From Candidatus Latescibacterota bacterium (GTDB lineage: Bacteria; Latescibacterota; UBA2968): 64,000 nt of DNA. How positions within the stretch are numbered: the stretch's first letter is position 1; the number at the start of each line of letters is the position of its first letter. A program made the translations under genes and the position numbers. Positions 1 to 9,546 of the stretch are shown one piece after another. The notes below the pieces were generated by a model, which saw only the letters and a program-made list of their open reading frames with translations, was not told the DNA's origin and did not search any database. The DNA lies in assembly GCA_965204745.1 (NCBI GenBank), contig OZ242010.1:3680001-3744000 (forward strand), written 5' to 3'.

Positions 1-2
1 TC

Positions 3-527
3 ACCGGGTGCGAGAGTTTTGGGGTTATGCAAACGCTGTTGGACTTGTACATTCAAACTGGGATGCAACGCTTTCTCGATCCCATTCCCCCCGCGCTCGA
101 TTGGGCCAAACGCTCGCGCTTGGCCGATGGGCGCATAGCCCGTTTTTACGAACTCCAGACCAATCGCCCCCTGTATTTTACCCGCGATTACGCGCTCACG
201 TACAGCGACGCGGACCTGCCCACGCATTACGCATTCAAGGTGGGTGGCAGCCGGCTCGAGCGGACCGAGAACTTGTACCAGCGCGTCAAAGCAGAAGGCA
301 GGGAAACGCTATTGGCAGAACGCGGCCGCGTCTCGGCGCCAAGTGTCGAACAAGTACGACAAATCATCGCCGCACTCGACGACCAAAACCGCTGGGTGGA
401 ACGCGGCTCCTTGCGAAATCCACACAATCGGCGGGAACGCATCGCCGCAGAAATTCTCTCGTGCCGCACGTTCAACCGCAATCTCGAAGTGCTGGCGCGC
501 TATGTCAAAGGACGAACAGACGAATAG
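3..527 (+). CDS. Pectate lyase (PL10/PelA-like) C-terminal part, 5'-truncated by window edge
   Basis: Frame open from base 3 (TGCESFGVM...); motifs ESxGV and ARFYELQTNRPLYF resemble PL10 pectic acid lyases. Confidence 0.65.
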   Translation, partial: TGCESFGVMQTLLDLYIQTGMQRFLDPIPPALDWAKRSRLADGRIARFYELQTNRPLYFTRDYALTYSDADLPTHYAFKVGGSRLERTENLYQRVKAEGRETLLAERGRVSAPSVEQVRQIIAALDDQNRWVERGSLRNPHNRRERIAAEILSCRTFNRNLEVLARYVKGRTDE

Positions 528-549
528 ACGAATCTGTGTCTTTGAACTA

Positions 550-1005
550 GGTCGTGTTGACATTTTATTTTTTTAGGTCACGCACAGATTAGCAAATGTG
601 TTGCTTGCTCATTTAATGCGTTTCCTTTGATGGCTTCTATCTCTGGTTGCTCTGATGGCGGTGCGCGTGGGGACTATCCCCCGGCCCCTTTCCTACGAGG
701 AAAGGGGAGTAAAGTGCCTTTGATGGCTTCTCGCTCTGGGTTGCTCTGATGGCGGTGCGCGAGGGCATAAAGCGATTAAATATCCCTCATCAATCCCCTC
801 GCAAAACCGCTCACAGTTCCCCCTTCCTCACAGGCACAGGCGTAGCCTACAACGAAGCGAAGCGAGTAACGGGGGTTAGGGGGGTAGGTCCCGATAAGGA
901 GCGACTGTTCCAGTTTCTCAAATCGAGAGCATATCCTGAGATAGGGCTTGATTTTCTCGATAAACCGCTCAAGCCGGTGCATGGCTCGTAAATGTCAACA
1001 TAACC
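550..1005. mobile_element. MITE family A, copy 1 (non-autonomous, 16-bp TIR, TA duplication)
   Basis: TA|GGTCGTGTTGACATTT ... AAATGTCAACATAACC|TA; internal sequence shared with copies at 41251, 46061 and 55475; no credible CDS. Confidence 0.85.
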
Positions 1006-1102
1006 TAGTCAGCCCCCACACGACAACCCCGAACCCGATGCAATTTGATGAGCGGCTATGGCGATTGTACTCCGCTCCGTTGATTCGTAAATAGGAGAAA
1101 CT

Positions 1103-1495
1103 ATGCCCCGCCTCTATTTCGCGGCACTTTTCAGCCTGTTGATGGCGTGTCAGGATCCGCCAGCGCAAAAAGCCGAACCGCCTCAACGCCCGCAATTCAC
1201 TGCGGCAGAGCTCGAAAAGGGTCAGGCCCTATACACAAAATACGGGTGTGCGGTTTGCCACGGGCGCAATGGCCGCGGCAATGGGCAGATCGCGCGCACG
1301 CTCAACCCCAGGCCCCGCGACTTTCACGATCCCACGGTGTACAAATACGGTCGCTCGGTCGAGGCTGTTTCGCGCACCATCCTCAACGGCGCGCTCAATG
1401 AACGGGGCATGGGCATGCCGGGCTATCCCCAAATCCCAGAAGAAGAACGCAGGGCTATCGCCGCGTTTATCGTCTCCCTCCAGGGTCAGGATTAA
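1103..1495 (+). CDS. Monoheme cytochrome c lipoprotein
   Basis: Lipobox LMAC, CAVCH heme motif, distal Met in GMGMPGY; SD AGGAG. Confidence 0.9.
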   Translation: MPRLYFAALFSLLMACQDPPAQKAEPPQRPQFTAAELEKGQALYTKYGCAVCHGRNGRGNGQIARTLNPRPRDFHDPTVYKYGRSVEAVSRTILNGALNERGMGMPGYPQIPEEERRAIAAFIVSLQGQD

Positions 1496-1506
1496 AGGAT
1501 TTTTAG

Positions 1507-1950
1507 ATGTACCTCCTTTTCTTAATCGTGCTTTTGGGGATGGGATGCGAGGGACAGGACGCGACCTATCTCACCATCAAAAACCCACGGGTGCGCGAGA
1601 ACATTCCACCGCAGAGGATCACGGCGGCGTATGTGTCGATCCACAATCGCGGGCCGGCAACCGCGCTCATCTCTGCATCCACGCCCGCGGCTGAGGTCGC
1701 AGAAATCCATGTGATGACCACCGATGGCAATATGATGCGGATGAAAAAAATCAACCGGTTGCCCATCCCGGCACGCGGCTCGGCAACCCTACAACCCGGC
1801 GGCAATCACCTCATGCTCATCGGCCTCAAGCGCGACCTGACACCGGGCGATTCCCTCGCCCTCACCCTCACCTTCGCAAATGACCACGTACAGACGGTCT
1901 GGGCACACATCCTTTCAACTTCACAGATAAACGCAGATGGACACAGATAG
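1507..1950 (+). CDS. Copper chaperone PCu(A)C
   Basis: EIH-x-MMRM and PGGNHLML motifs; lipoprotein-like N-terminus. Confidence 0.9.
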   Translation: MYLLFLIVLLGMGCEGQDATYLTIKNPRVRENIPPQRITAAYVSIHNRGPATALISASTPAAEVAEIHVMTTDGNMMRMKKINRLPIPARGSATLQPGGNHLMLIGLKRDLTPGDSLALTLTFANDHVQTVWAHILSTSQINADGHR

Positions 1951-2878
1951 AATGCAAAAAATCAAAGTATTATTTTTTTCGCACCTGTCAGGGCAACGAT
2001 GGATCGGTCAACACACCCGTCAGGGCAACGATGGATCGGTCAACGCACCCGGCGGCGTGGGGATAGGTTGGAAACGCACAAGGCGGCGCAGAGGTAGGTT
2101 GGGCACGCACATGGCGGCGCGGTGGCGAGGTTGGGCACGTACAAGGCGGCGTGGTGGCAGGACAGGGAACGCACAAGGCGGCGTGGTGGCAGGACAGGGA
2201 ACGCACAAGGCGGCGTGGCGGCGAGGCGGGGAACGCACAAGGCGGCGAGGCGGCAGGACAGGGAACGCACAAGGCGGCGAGGCGGCGAGGCGGGGCCTGC
2301 TCTTTACACTCTGCACCCTACACTTGTTTTTAGTCGCCTGTCAACCCCTTGAACGCACGCCGCAAGTCGATTCCGATCTCGCGCTTTCCGCTGAACCGTA
2401 TGCTTTTGGGGGCGATTTTACGCTGATCGATCACGATGGCAATGCCTTCCGCTTGGCGGAGCAACAGCGTCCGTTTTTCCTCTTTTTGGGCTATGCGAGT
2501 TGTCCGGATGCCTGCCCGCAAACGCTGGCGCGTCTCGCCCGCGTGTACGCGCTTTTGGGCGAGGAGGCACGCGATCTCGGCACGCTTTTTGTCAGCGTGG
2601 ATGCCGAACGCGATTCGCCCGCTGTGCTCAAAACCTATTTGTCGCACTTTGACGTGCCCGCCATTGGCCTGACCGGGGCGCAGGATAGTATTGACGCGGT
2701 GGTCAAACGCTATGCTGCCCACTATGAAATCAACGATCAGGCATCCGCCGCGGGGTATCTCATCGACCATTCGCTCTACATCTACCTCATCGATCAACAC
2801 GGCGATTCGCGCTTCTTCTTTCGCCCCTCGCATACCGCCGAAGAAATCGCCACCGTCGCCCGACAGTTGTTTCGCTAA
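1937..2878 (+). CDS. SCO1/SenC copper chaperone lipoprotein with a repeat-derived N-terminal insertion (start uncertain; ATG 1952 also possible)
   Basis: CPDACP motif, YLIDHS His ligand, lipobox LVAC located after a low-complexity repeat-encoded stretch. Confidence 0.85.
   Translation: MDTDRMQKIKVLFFSHLSGQRWIGQHTRQGNDGSVNAPGGVGIGWKRTRRRRGRLGTHMAARWRGWARTRRRGGRTGNAQGGVVAGQGTHKAAWRRGGERTRRRGGRTGNAQGGEAARRGLLFTLCTLHLFLVACQPLERTPQVDSDLALSAEPYAFGGDFTLIDHDGNAFRLAEQQRPFFLFLGYASCPDACPQTLARLARVYALLGEEARDLGTLFVSVDAERDSPAVLKTYLSHFDVPAIGLTGAQDSIDAVVKRYAAHYEINDQASAAGYLIDHSLYIYLIDQHGDSRFFFRPSHTAEEIATVARQLFR
1981..2295 (+). repeat. Minisatellite of about 10 units of 31-32 bp
   Basis: Two units RCACCYGTCAGGGCAACGATGGATCGGTCAAC, then eight units with consensus GCACAAGGCGGCG-N(13-14)-GGAAC. 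Confidence 0.9.
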
Positions 2879-2913
2879 CGCTCAACCCTTCACGATAACA
2901 AAGGAGTGCGACC

Positions 2914-3126
2914 TTGATTACCGTCCATTTACCTTCTGAAATCGAGCAACGCATTGCGGACCTCGCCGCTCGAACTGGCCGTACCGAGACATTCTACATT
3001 GAGGAAGCCATCATGGAATACTTGGATGAACTGGAAGATAAATACTTGGCATTAAATCGCTTGGAGAATCCCACCAAACGCTGGACATTGGATGAAATGG
3101 AGCAAGGCATTGACAGTTGCGTTTGA
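2914..3126 (+). CDS. Ribbon-helix-helix (RelB/CopG-like) antitoxin-type protein
   Basis: LPSEIEQRIADLAARTGRTETFYIEEAI...LEDKYLA pattern; SD AAGGAG before TTG. Confidence 0.8.
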   Translation: MITVHLPSEIEQRIADLAARTGRTETFYIEEAIMEYLDELEDKYLALNRLENPTKRWTLDEMEQGIDSCV

Positions 3127-4237
3127 CAACCGCGCTGTGCCGCCCACAGAGGGGATCAAGTATGCGGGGTCTAAGTTGAAGCTCCTTCCGCATATCTTGC
3201 AACTGGCCGCAAAGGTCGGGGCGAAGACGGTGTTGGATGGGTTCTCGGGGACGACAAGGGTGTCGCAGGCACTCGCCAGATCGGGGTATGCGGTCGTCTG
3301 CAACGATATTGCCGCGTGGTCTGAAATTTTTGGGATGTGCTATTTGCTCAATCAAAAGAAGCGGTCGGATTACCAACCGCTCATCGATCACCTCAATGCC
3401 GTGCGGCCCGTGGATGGATGGTTCACGCAACACTATGGCGGATATCCCAACGAGGGTTGCGCGATTCAGCGCGATGGGCGCAAGCGGCCATGGCAGATTC
3501 ACAACACCCGAAAGCTGGATGCGATTCGGGAGGAGATCGAGGCCCTCGCGCTCGATCCCGTCGATAAGGCCGTGGCACTGACGAGCCTAATTTTGGCACT
3601 CGACCGCGTGGATAGTAGCCTCGGGCACTTTGTCTCGTATCTCAAAGACTGGTCCCCGCGCTCCTACAAAAAACTCGAACTCAAAGTGCCATCTGTCTTT
3701 CCGTCCTCTGGGGAACATCGCGTGTTCCGAAAGGACATTTTTGACCTCGCGCCGCGCATCGACACGGACTTGGCGTATTTCGATCCGCCGTATGGATCGA
3801 ACAATGAGAAAATGCCGCCATCGCGCGTGCGCTATGCGTCTTATTACCACGTCTGGACGAGCGTCATTCTCTACGATAAACCCGCCCTTTTCGGCAGGGC
3901 CAATCGCCGCGTTGATACGTCTGACCCGGTGGCGGCATCCGCGTTTGAGGAGTTCAGACGCAACGCAAATGGTCGCTTCATCGCGGTCGAAGCCATTGAG
4001 AAACTCATCGCTACGACGCGAGCGCGCCATGTCATCTTGTCGTACAGTTCTGGAGGCAGGGCAACAGCCAAAGCGTTGAACGACGCGATGCAATGTCACG
4101 GCAGGCTTTTGGATGTGGTCGCGATCAATTATCAGAAAAACGTGATGGCGGGCATGACGTGGACGCACGAATGGCTACGAGAGGTCGATCACCCAAACCG
4201 AGAGTTCTTGTTCTTGCTCGAAAAGCAACGTGCTTGA
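3092..4237 (+). CDS. DNA adenine methyltransferase (D12/Dam-like alpha class); start may be TTG 3110
   Basis: KYAGSK, DGFSGT SAM-binding motif, YFDPPY catalytic motif. Confidence 0.85.
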   Translation: MKWSKALTVAFDNRAVPPTEGIKYAGSKLKLLPHILQLAAKVGAKTVLDGFSGTTRVSQALARSGYAVVCNDIAAWSEIFGMCYLLNQKKRSDYQPLIDHLNAVRPVDGWFTQHYGGYPNEGCAIQRDGRKRPWQIHNTRKLDAIREEIEALALDPVDKAVALTSLILALDRVDSSLGHFVSYLKDWSPRSYKKLELKVPSVFPSSGEHRVFRKDIFDLAPRIDTDLAYFDPPYGSNNEKMPPSRVRYASYYHVWTSVILYDKPALFGRANRRVDTSDPVAASAFEEFRRNANGRFIAVEAIEKLIATTRARHVILSYSSGGRATAKALNDAMQCHGRLLDVVAINYQKNVMAGMTWTHEWLREVDHPNREFLFLLEKQRA

Positions 4238-4311
4238 AGGAACGAAGTCAGTAAAAGCGCGAAAGGGAAAACCACCGATGGGCGTACGAGGACAGGTACA
4301 GGGGCCTGTCC

Positions 4312-4443
4312 CCGCGCACCACCTGGCCCAACCCAACCGAATACGACGCCCGCGCCGCGCACTTGGCTCGGCTATTTAAGGAAAATTTCGCGCAATTTGA
4401 AACCGGCGTCTCGGATAAAATCCTCCGCGCAGGGCCTGTGTGA
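4312..4443 (+). pseudogene. pckA: 3' fragment of ATP-dependent PEP carboxykinase
   Basis: Translates PRTTWPNPTEYDARAAHLARLFKENFAQFETGVSDKILRAGPV*, matching the PckA C-terminus (PRxTWxxxxxYxxxAxxLAxxFxxNF...AGP); begins right after a REP-like hairpin. Confidence 0.75.
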
Positions 4444-4531
4444 TACCAAATATTGGAACACCTCAACCCGTTTTCAGAGGGGAATTTCGGCATGGTTGCA
4501 AATGAAACAAAAGTCATCTTGAGAAAGAGAT

Positions 4532-5512
4532 ATGATTGAACGATACTCAAACGCCATTATTCAAGGCGATTGTTTAGAATTGCTAAAAACAATGCCCGAT
4601 AACTCGGTAGATGTCGCGTTTGCGGACCCACCCTTTAACCTCAAAAAATCCTACAATAGCTACAAAGATCGCCGAAAACTCCGAGAATATTTGGACTGGT
4701 GCGAACTTTGGATAACCGAAATGGTTCGCATTGCCAAACCAACGGGCAGTATTTTTGTCCACAACATACCGAAATGGCTCACATTTTATACGGCGTATCT
4801 GAATAAAATTGCCGATTTCAAGCACTGGATAAGTTGGGACGCGCCGACCGCACCAATGGGAAAAACCCTGCAACCCTCGCATTATGGGATTTTATTTTAC
4901 GCCAAAGACATCGAACAATTGAAATTTTATGAAATTCGTTATCCGCACAAACGCACGCGAAAAGAAGGGCTATTGGCAAAAGATTACGGCGGCAAAAAAA
5001 GACTCTTACACCCATTCGGCCCTCTCGTGTCCGATGTGTGGACGGATATTCACAGGGTCAAGCACAATAAATACAGAGACAAACACCCCTGCCAGTTGCC
5101 CATACATTTATTGGAACGCATCATTTTAATGTCCTCAGATGAGGGCGATATCATTCTCGATCCCTTTAGTGGCACGGGCACAACGGCGTTGGCTGCCAAG
5201 CGTTTGGGCAGAAATTTCATCGGTTTTGAATTGGACGACAAATACGTTGAAATAACGCAAAATAAACTTTTGCAAGAGAAGATGAGCTCGAAATTGGGTC
5301 GCTGTTGGGTCAGTTTTTATCTGGATAAATTGGTCACCTTAAGAGACGAAGATTGGAATGACATAAAAGAATTTTTCCACATTCCATCTCAAATTGAAAA
5401 GATAGATCTCATGCCGATTGTCTTAAAATCAAACGCGGCGAGTTCCATATCTTCCGAAAAAAATGGGAATAATCGCAAAGACGCGCTCCAAGAAGAACTC
5501 ACATTGTCTTAG
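4532..5512 (+). CDS. Site-specific DNA methyltransferase (beta class N4C/N6A), orphan
   Basis: ADPPFN precedes HPCQLP and DPFSGTGTT; visibly AT-richer than neighbours. Confidence 0.9.
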   Translation: MIERYSNAIIQGDCLELLKTMPDNSVDVAFADPPFNLKKSYNSYKDRRKLREYLDWCELWITEMVRIAKPTGSIFVHNIPKWLTFYTAYLNKIADFKHWISWDAPTAPMGKTLQPSHYGILFYAKDIEQLKFYEIRYPHKRTRKEGLLAKDYGGKKRLLHPFGPLVSDVWTDIHRVKHNKYRDKHPCQLPIHLLERIILMSSDEGDIILDPFSGTGTTALAAKRLGRNFIGFELDDKYVEITQNKLLQEKMSSKLGRCWVSFYLDKLVTLRDEDWNDIKEFFHIPSQIEKIDLMPIVLKSNAASSISSEKNGNNRKDALQEELTLS

Positions 5513-5557
5513 CGCGCGACTAGACGCCCCCCGCTGACCGCTTGGAGGCTTGGGATT

Positions 5558-5659
5558 AACTGACAACTGACAACTGACAACTGACAACTGACAACTGACA
5601 ACTGACAACTGACAACTGACAACTGACAACTGACAACTGACAACTGACAACTGACAACT
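5558..5659. repeat. Heptamer array (AACTGAC)14
   Basis: Perfect tandem repeat, counted directly. Confidence 0.97.
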
Positions 5660-5746
5660 TGAGAGGAACAGCGCGGTGGCCTTCTCCCGTCTCCCCTCTT
5701 GCCTCTTGCCTCTCCCGTCTTCCCTCTACCCTCTTCCCTTCACCTC

Positions 5747-6499
5747 ATGTCTCCAATCCTCTTTGAATACGGCCCCCTTCGCATCGGCGTTTACGGCACA
5801 ATGCTCGCCGTGGGGTTCCTTTTTGCATCGTGGGTGCTCAAGCGCGAATTTCGGCGGCGTGCGCTCGATCCCGCGCTGTCGGACCGCATTGCGTTTGCCG
5901 CGGTGATCGGCGGCCCTGTGGGCAGCAAAATTTTTCACGTCCTTGAATATCCCCACGCCTTTGTCGCCGATCCCTTTGGCACGGTTTTTTCCACGCTGGG
6001 TTGGGCGTGGTATGGCGGGTTTTTGGGTGGCGCGGCTCTCGTGCTCCTCGCGCTTCGCCGGCACAACGCCTTGAATTGGTCCGCTTTGGACGCGTTCGCG
6101 CCGGCCCTTGTCGTGGGCTACTTTTTTGGCCGCGGGGGGTGCGAACTCTCCGGCGATGGATGCTATGGCATGCCCACTGATCTGCCGTGGGGCAAAGCCT
6201 ATCCCAAGGGCCTCGTGCCCACAGTTGAAGTCGTACATCCCACGCCGATTTACGAAATGATCCAGATGGTCTGCATTTTCGGCATTTTGTGGGCCTTGCG
6301 CGGTCGTCTCAAACCCGGTGTGACTTTTGGCCTATATCTCGTTTTGATGGCCCTCGCCCGGTTCGCTGTCGAATTTGTCCGCCTCACGCCCGAAGTTTTT
6401 TTGTTTCTCACTGTGCATCAATGGGTCAGCATCGGCCTCGTGCTCGCCGGGCTTTACATCGTCGCGTCGTGTCGAAACAAAAATTCTATCCGAGGATAA
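5747..6499 (+). CDS. lgt: Prolipoprotein diacylglyceryl transferase
   Basis: YG...GSKIFH, WYGG, GRxGC, HPTPIYE and RFAVEFVR motifs; start set to MSPILF. Confidence 0.9.
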   Translation: MSPILFEYGPLRIGVYGTMLAVGFLFASWVLKREFRRRALDPALSDRIAFAAVIGGPVGSKIFHVLEYPHAFVADPFGTVFSTLGWAWYGGFLGGAALVLLALRRHNALNWSALDAFAPALVVGYFFGRGGCELSGDGCYGMPTDLPWGKAYPKGLVPTVEVVHPTPIYEMIQMVCIFGILWALRGRLKPGVTFGLYLVLMALARFAVEFVRLTPEVFLFLTVHQWVSIGLVLAGLYIVASCRNKNSIRG

Positions 6500-6630
6500 A
6501 ACGAGCCGTCTCCCATGCCCGTTCATCTGCAACAAAGGACGAGTCGTTGGGGTGGTGAAGCTATAGCGATTGACAAAGGGCGAGATATTTTTTTCATTTT
6601 CACCTTGACCCCCACACCTCGAACGCAATT

Positions 6631-8127
6631 ATGGACATTCGATTTTACAATACCCTGACCAATCGCACGGAAATTTTTGAACCGCTCGATCCCCCGCATG
6701 TGGCGATGTATTCCTGCGGTCCAACCGTGTACGATTTTGCCCACATCGGCAACTTCAAATCCTTTTTGTTCTCGGACGTGCTCCGCCGCTTCTTGGAACT
6801 GGCCGGGTACCGCGTCGCCCATGTTATGAACATCACGGACGTGGGGCACATGACCGACGATGATGTGGCCGATGCCACGGGCGAAGACAAAATCGCGGTG
6901 GCTGCGCGCAAACTCAAAGAAGCAAAAAAATCCGGCGCCCTGCCCGATGGGATTTCCAACCCGGACGACCCGTATCAGATCGCGCAATACTTCACGGACG
7001 CATTCGTTCAAGACGCCCGCGCACTCGGCATCAAAGTCGCGCACGATTATCCGCGCAACATGCCTCGGCCCACCGAACACATCGACGCCATTCAAGCGAT
7101 GATCCAAACGCTCTTGGCCAAGGGCCACGCGTACATCGCCGATGATGGCGTGGTTTATTTTAGCGTGCGATCCTTCCCCGAATACGGCAGGCTCTCGGGC
7201 AATGACGTGGCCCAACTCGTCGCCGGATCGGGCGGGCGCGTCTTGGAAGAACACCAAGTTGCCAAGCGCGACTCCGCGGATTTCTTCCTGTGGAAACCCG
7301 ATCCATCCCACATCATGAAATGGCCTTCACCTTGGGGCGAGGGCTATCCGGGCTGGCACATCGAATGCTCGGCGATGGCGATGAAATTGTTGCGCCGCGA
7401 GGTGATCGACATCCACACCGGAGGCGAGGACAATATTTTTCCGCACCACGAATGCGAAATTGCCCAATCGCGCTGTGCCACGGGCCAATCGCATTTTGCC
7501 AAGTACTGGATTCACCCGCGCTATTTGATGGTCGAAGGCAAAAAAATGTCCAAGAGCAAGGGCAATTTTTTCACGGTGCGAGACGTGCTCGAGGGCGAAG
7601 TCACCGGGCGGCGGGTTCACCCGGCTGTTCTGCGCTACGAACTCATCAAGACGCACTACCGCACGCAGACCAATTTCACGCAAAAAGGCATTCGAGACTC
7701 GGCCAATGCGGTGCGCCGGTTTTGCGAATTTGGTCAGAATCTCGCCACAGCAACACAGGGCAACGCGGTCGAGGTGGATAACGCGCATCCGGTCATCGCC
7801 GATTTTCTCAACGCACTCGCCAACGACCTCAACATCAGCGCGGCCCTCGCGGTCGTCCACACCTGGATGGGGCAAAAAGTAGCGGACGCGCCCGAAGCCT
7901 TGGGCGTGTTCGACAAAATCAACGGGGTGCTCGGCATTGCCGATCTGTCCGATTCATCACCATCGTCAGCCACGGACACCAGCGCGGCCCTGTGCAAACA
8001 AATCGACGCGGCCCGCGCAGCCAAGAATTACGACGTCGCAGACCGGTTGCGCCAAGAACTCATCGACGCGGGCTACGAAGTGCGCTCCACGCCCGAGGGC
8101 ACAGTCGCGGTGAAGAAGTTGGCGTAG
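6631..8127 (+). CDS. cysS: Cysteine--tRNA ligase
   Basis: [32 protein letters not shown]. Confidence 0.97.
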   Translation: MDIRFYNTLTNRTEIFEPLDPPHVAMYSCGPTVYDFAHIGNFKSFLFSDVLRRFLELAGYRVAHVMNITDVGHMTDDDVADATGEDKIAVAARKLKEAKKSGALPDGISNPDDPYQIAQYFTDAFVQDARALGIKVAHDYPRNMPRPTEHIDAIQAMIQTLLAKGHAYIADDGVVYFSVRSFPEYGRLSGNDVAQLVAGSGGRVLEEHQVAKRDSADFFLWKPDPSHIMKWPSPWGEGYPGWHIECSAMAMKLLRREVIDIHTGGEDNIFPHHECEIAQSRCATGQSHFAKYWIHPRYLMVEGKKMSKSKGNFFTVRDVLEGEVTGRRVHPAVLRYELIKTHYRTQTNFTQKGIRDSANAVRRFCEFGQNLATATQGNAVEVDNAHPVIADFLNALANDLNISAALAVVHTWMGQKVADAPEALGVFDKINGVLGIADLSDSSPSSATDTSAALCKQIDAARAAKNYDVADRLRQELIDAGYEVRSTPEGTVAVKKLA

Positions 8128-8298
8128 CCCTATCCACATTAGTTGCAGAGACAACCCCGTGCCTATCCTCTACCTAGCGGCGGCCTGACCACTGATTCCT
8201 TGAGCGGGATAGCGCGGCTCCCTTCTCGCCTCTCCCGTCTGCCCTCTTACCGAAGGGCGGCTGGGCGGGCGGCCTGACCACTTCGGACGAGAAACGAC

Positions 8299-9474
8299 AT
8301 GTCCATCCAACTGCCCATCTATCTCGACAACAACGCCACTACGCCCGTGGATGAATGGGTGCTCGCGGCGATGTTGCCCTATTTCAAGGATCGGTTTGGC
8401 AATGCGGCCAGCCGCACGCACGCCTTTGGGTGGGAGGCCGAGGACGCAGTCGATAGGGCGCGAGAACAAATTGCCAGCCTCATCAACGCACAGCCCAAAG
8501 ACATCGTCTTTACCAGCGGGGCCACGGAATCCGACAACCTCGCCATTAAAGGCGTGGTGGCCGCGGCGCGGTCCGCGCACCTCATCACGCAGGCAACCGA
8601 ACACCACGCCGTGCTCGATTCGTGCCGCGCAGTGGAACGCGCAGGCGTCTCGGTCACGGTCTTGCCCGTGGACTCGCATGGGATTGTGGATCCGCAGGAT
8701 GTTGCAAACGCCATCACAAAGCACACGGTTCTGGTCTCCATCATGGCGGGGAACAACGAAATTGGCACCTGTCAGGCGATAGGAGAAATCGGCGCGCTGT
8801 GTCGAGAAAAAGACATTTACTTTCACACGGATGCCGCGCAGGCCATTGGCAAAATTCCGCTCGACGTGGAAGCCATGCACATCGACCTGCTCTCCATTTC
8901 CGCGCACAAGTGCTATGGCCCCAAAGGCATGGGCGCGCTCTACGTGCGGAGTCGCCCGCGTGTGCGCTTGGTGGGGCAGGTGGATGGCGGCGGCCATGAA
9001 AAAGGCATGCGCTCGGGCACGCTCAACGTGCCGGGCATCGTGGGGCTTGGAAAAGCCTGCGCGCTCGCACAACAGCACCTCGCGGCGGACGCCGAACACT
9101 GCTGGAAATTGTGCCATCGCTTGCGCGATCAGCTCTTCAACGCGCTGGATCAACGCCAACTCAACGGCCACCCCAACCAGCGTTTGCCGGGCAATCTCAA
9201 CATCAGCTTTGCCGGCGCGGATGGCGAAAGCCTGCTGATGGGCTTGCGCGATGTGGCCCTCTCGTCTGGATCGGCGTGTACATCCGCGTCTCTGGAGCCG
9301 TCTTATGTGCTCAAAGCTATCGGCGTTGGCGACGAGATGGCGCGAAACAGCATCCGCTTTGGCATTGGCCGGTTCAATACCGAAGCCGAGATCGACTACG
9401 TCGCGGACCGCGTGATCCGAGAAGTCAACCGCCTCCGCGAAATCTCGCCGAATTACAAAAGCCACAAAAAATAA
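8299..9474 (+). CDS. iscS: Cysteine desulfurase
   Basis: YLDNNATTP, SAHKCYGPKG (PLP Lys), SSGSACTS. Confidence 0.95.
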   Translation: MSIQLPIYLDNNATTPVDEWVLAAMLPYFKDRFGNAASRTHAFGWEAEDAVDRAREQIASLINAQPKDIVFTSGATESDNLAIKGVVAAARSAHLITQATEHHAVLDSCRAVERAGVSVTVLPVDSHGIVDPQDVANAITKHTVLVSIMAGNNEIGTCQAIGEIGALCREKDIYFHTDAAQAIGKIPLDVEAMHIDLLSISAHKCYGPKGMGALYVRSRPRVRLVGQVDGGGHEKGMRSGTLNVPGIVGLGKACALAQQHLAADAEHCWKLCHRLRDQLFNALDQRQLNGHPNQRLPGNLNISFAGADGESLLMGLRDVALSSGSACTSASLEPSYVLKAIGVGDEMARNSIRFGIGRFNTEAEIDYVADRVIREVNRLREISPNYKSHKK

Positions 9475-9475
9475 A

Positions 9476-9504
9476 AAGCCATCAGCTCGTTTTGCTGATG
9501 GCTT
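9476..9504. terminator. Stem-loop after iscS
   Basis: AAGCCATCAGC-N7-GCTGATGGCTT; A-run on the left but no U-run on the + strand. Confidence 0.5.
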
Positions 9505-9546
9505 GAAGCCGGAGATCGGGCGGCCTGACCACTGCATTTATCTTCG

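Noticed and set aside
749-991. Short ORFs inside MITE A copies (also 41258, 46077, 55570, 55670)
   Set aside because: Frames differ between copies and contain no transposase motifs.
1981-2295. CRISPR or TIGR-like guide array
   Set aside because: The variable parts are related to each other (minisatellite drift) rather than unique spacers, and no cas or Nop-domain gene is visible in the window.
3092-5512. Complete restriction-modification system
   Set aside because: No endonuclease ORF; the two MTases differ in class and composition and are separated by a pckA stub.
5429-5650. ORFs made of SVVSCQL, LLPLASC or VSGQWSV repeats (also 9928, 36135, 59768)
   Set aside because: Automatic consequence of stop-free heptamer arrays; no SD or other coding evidence.
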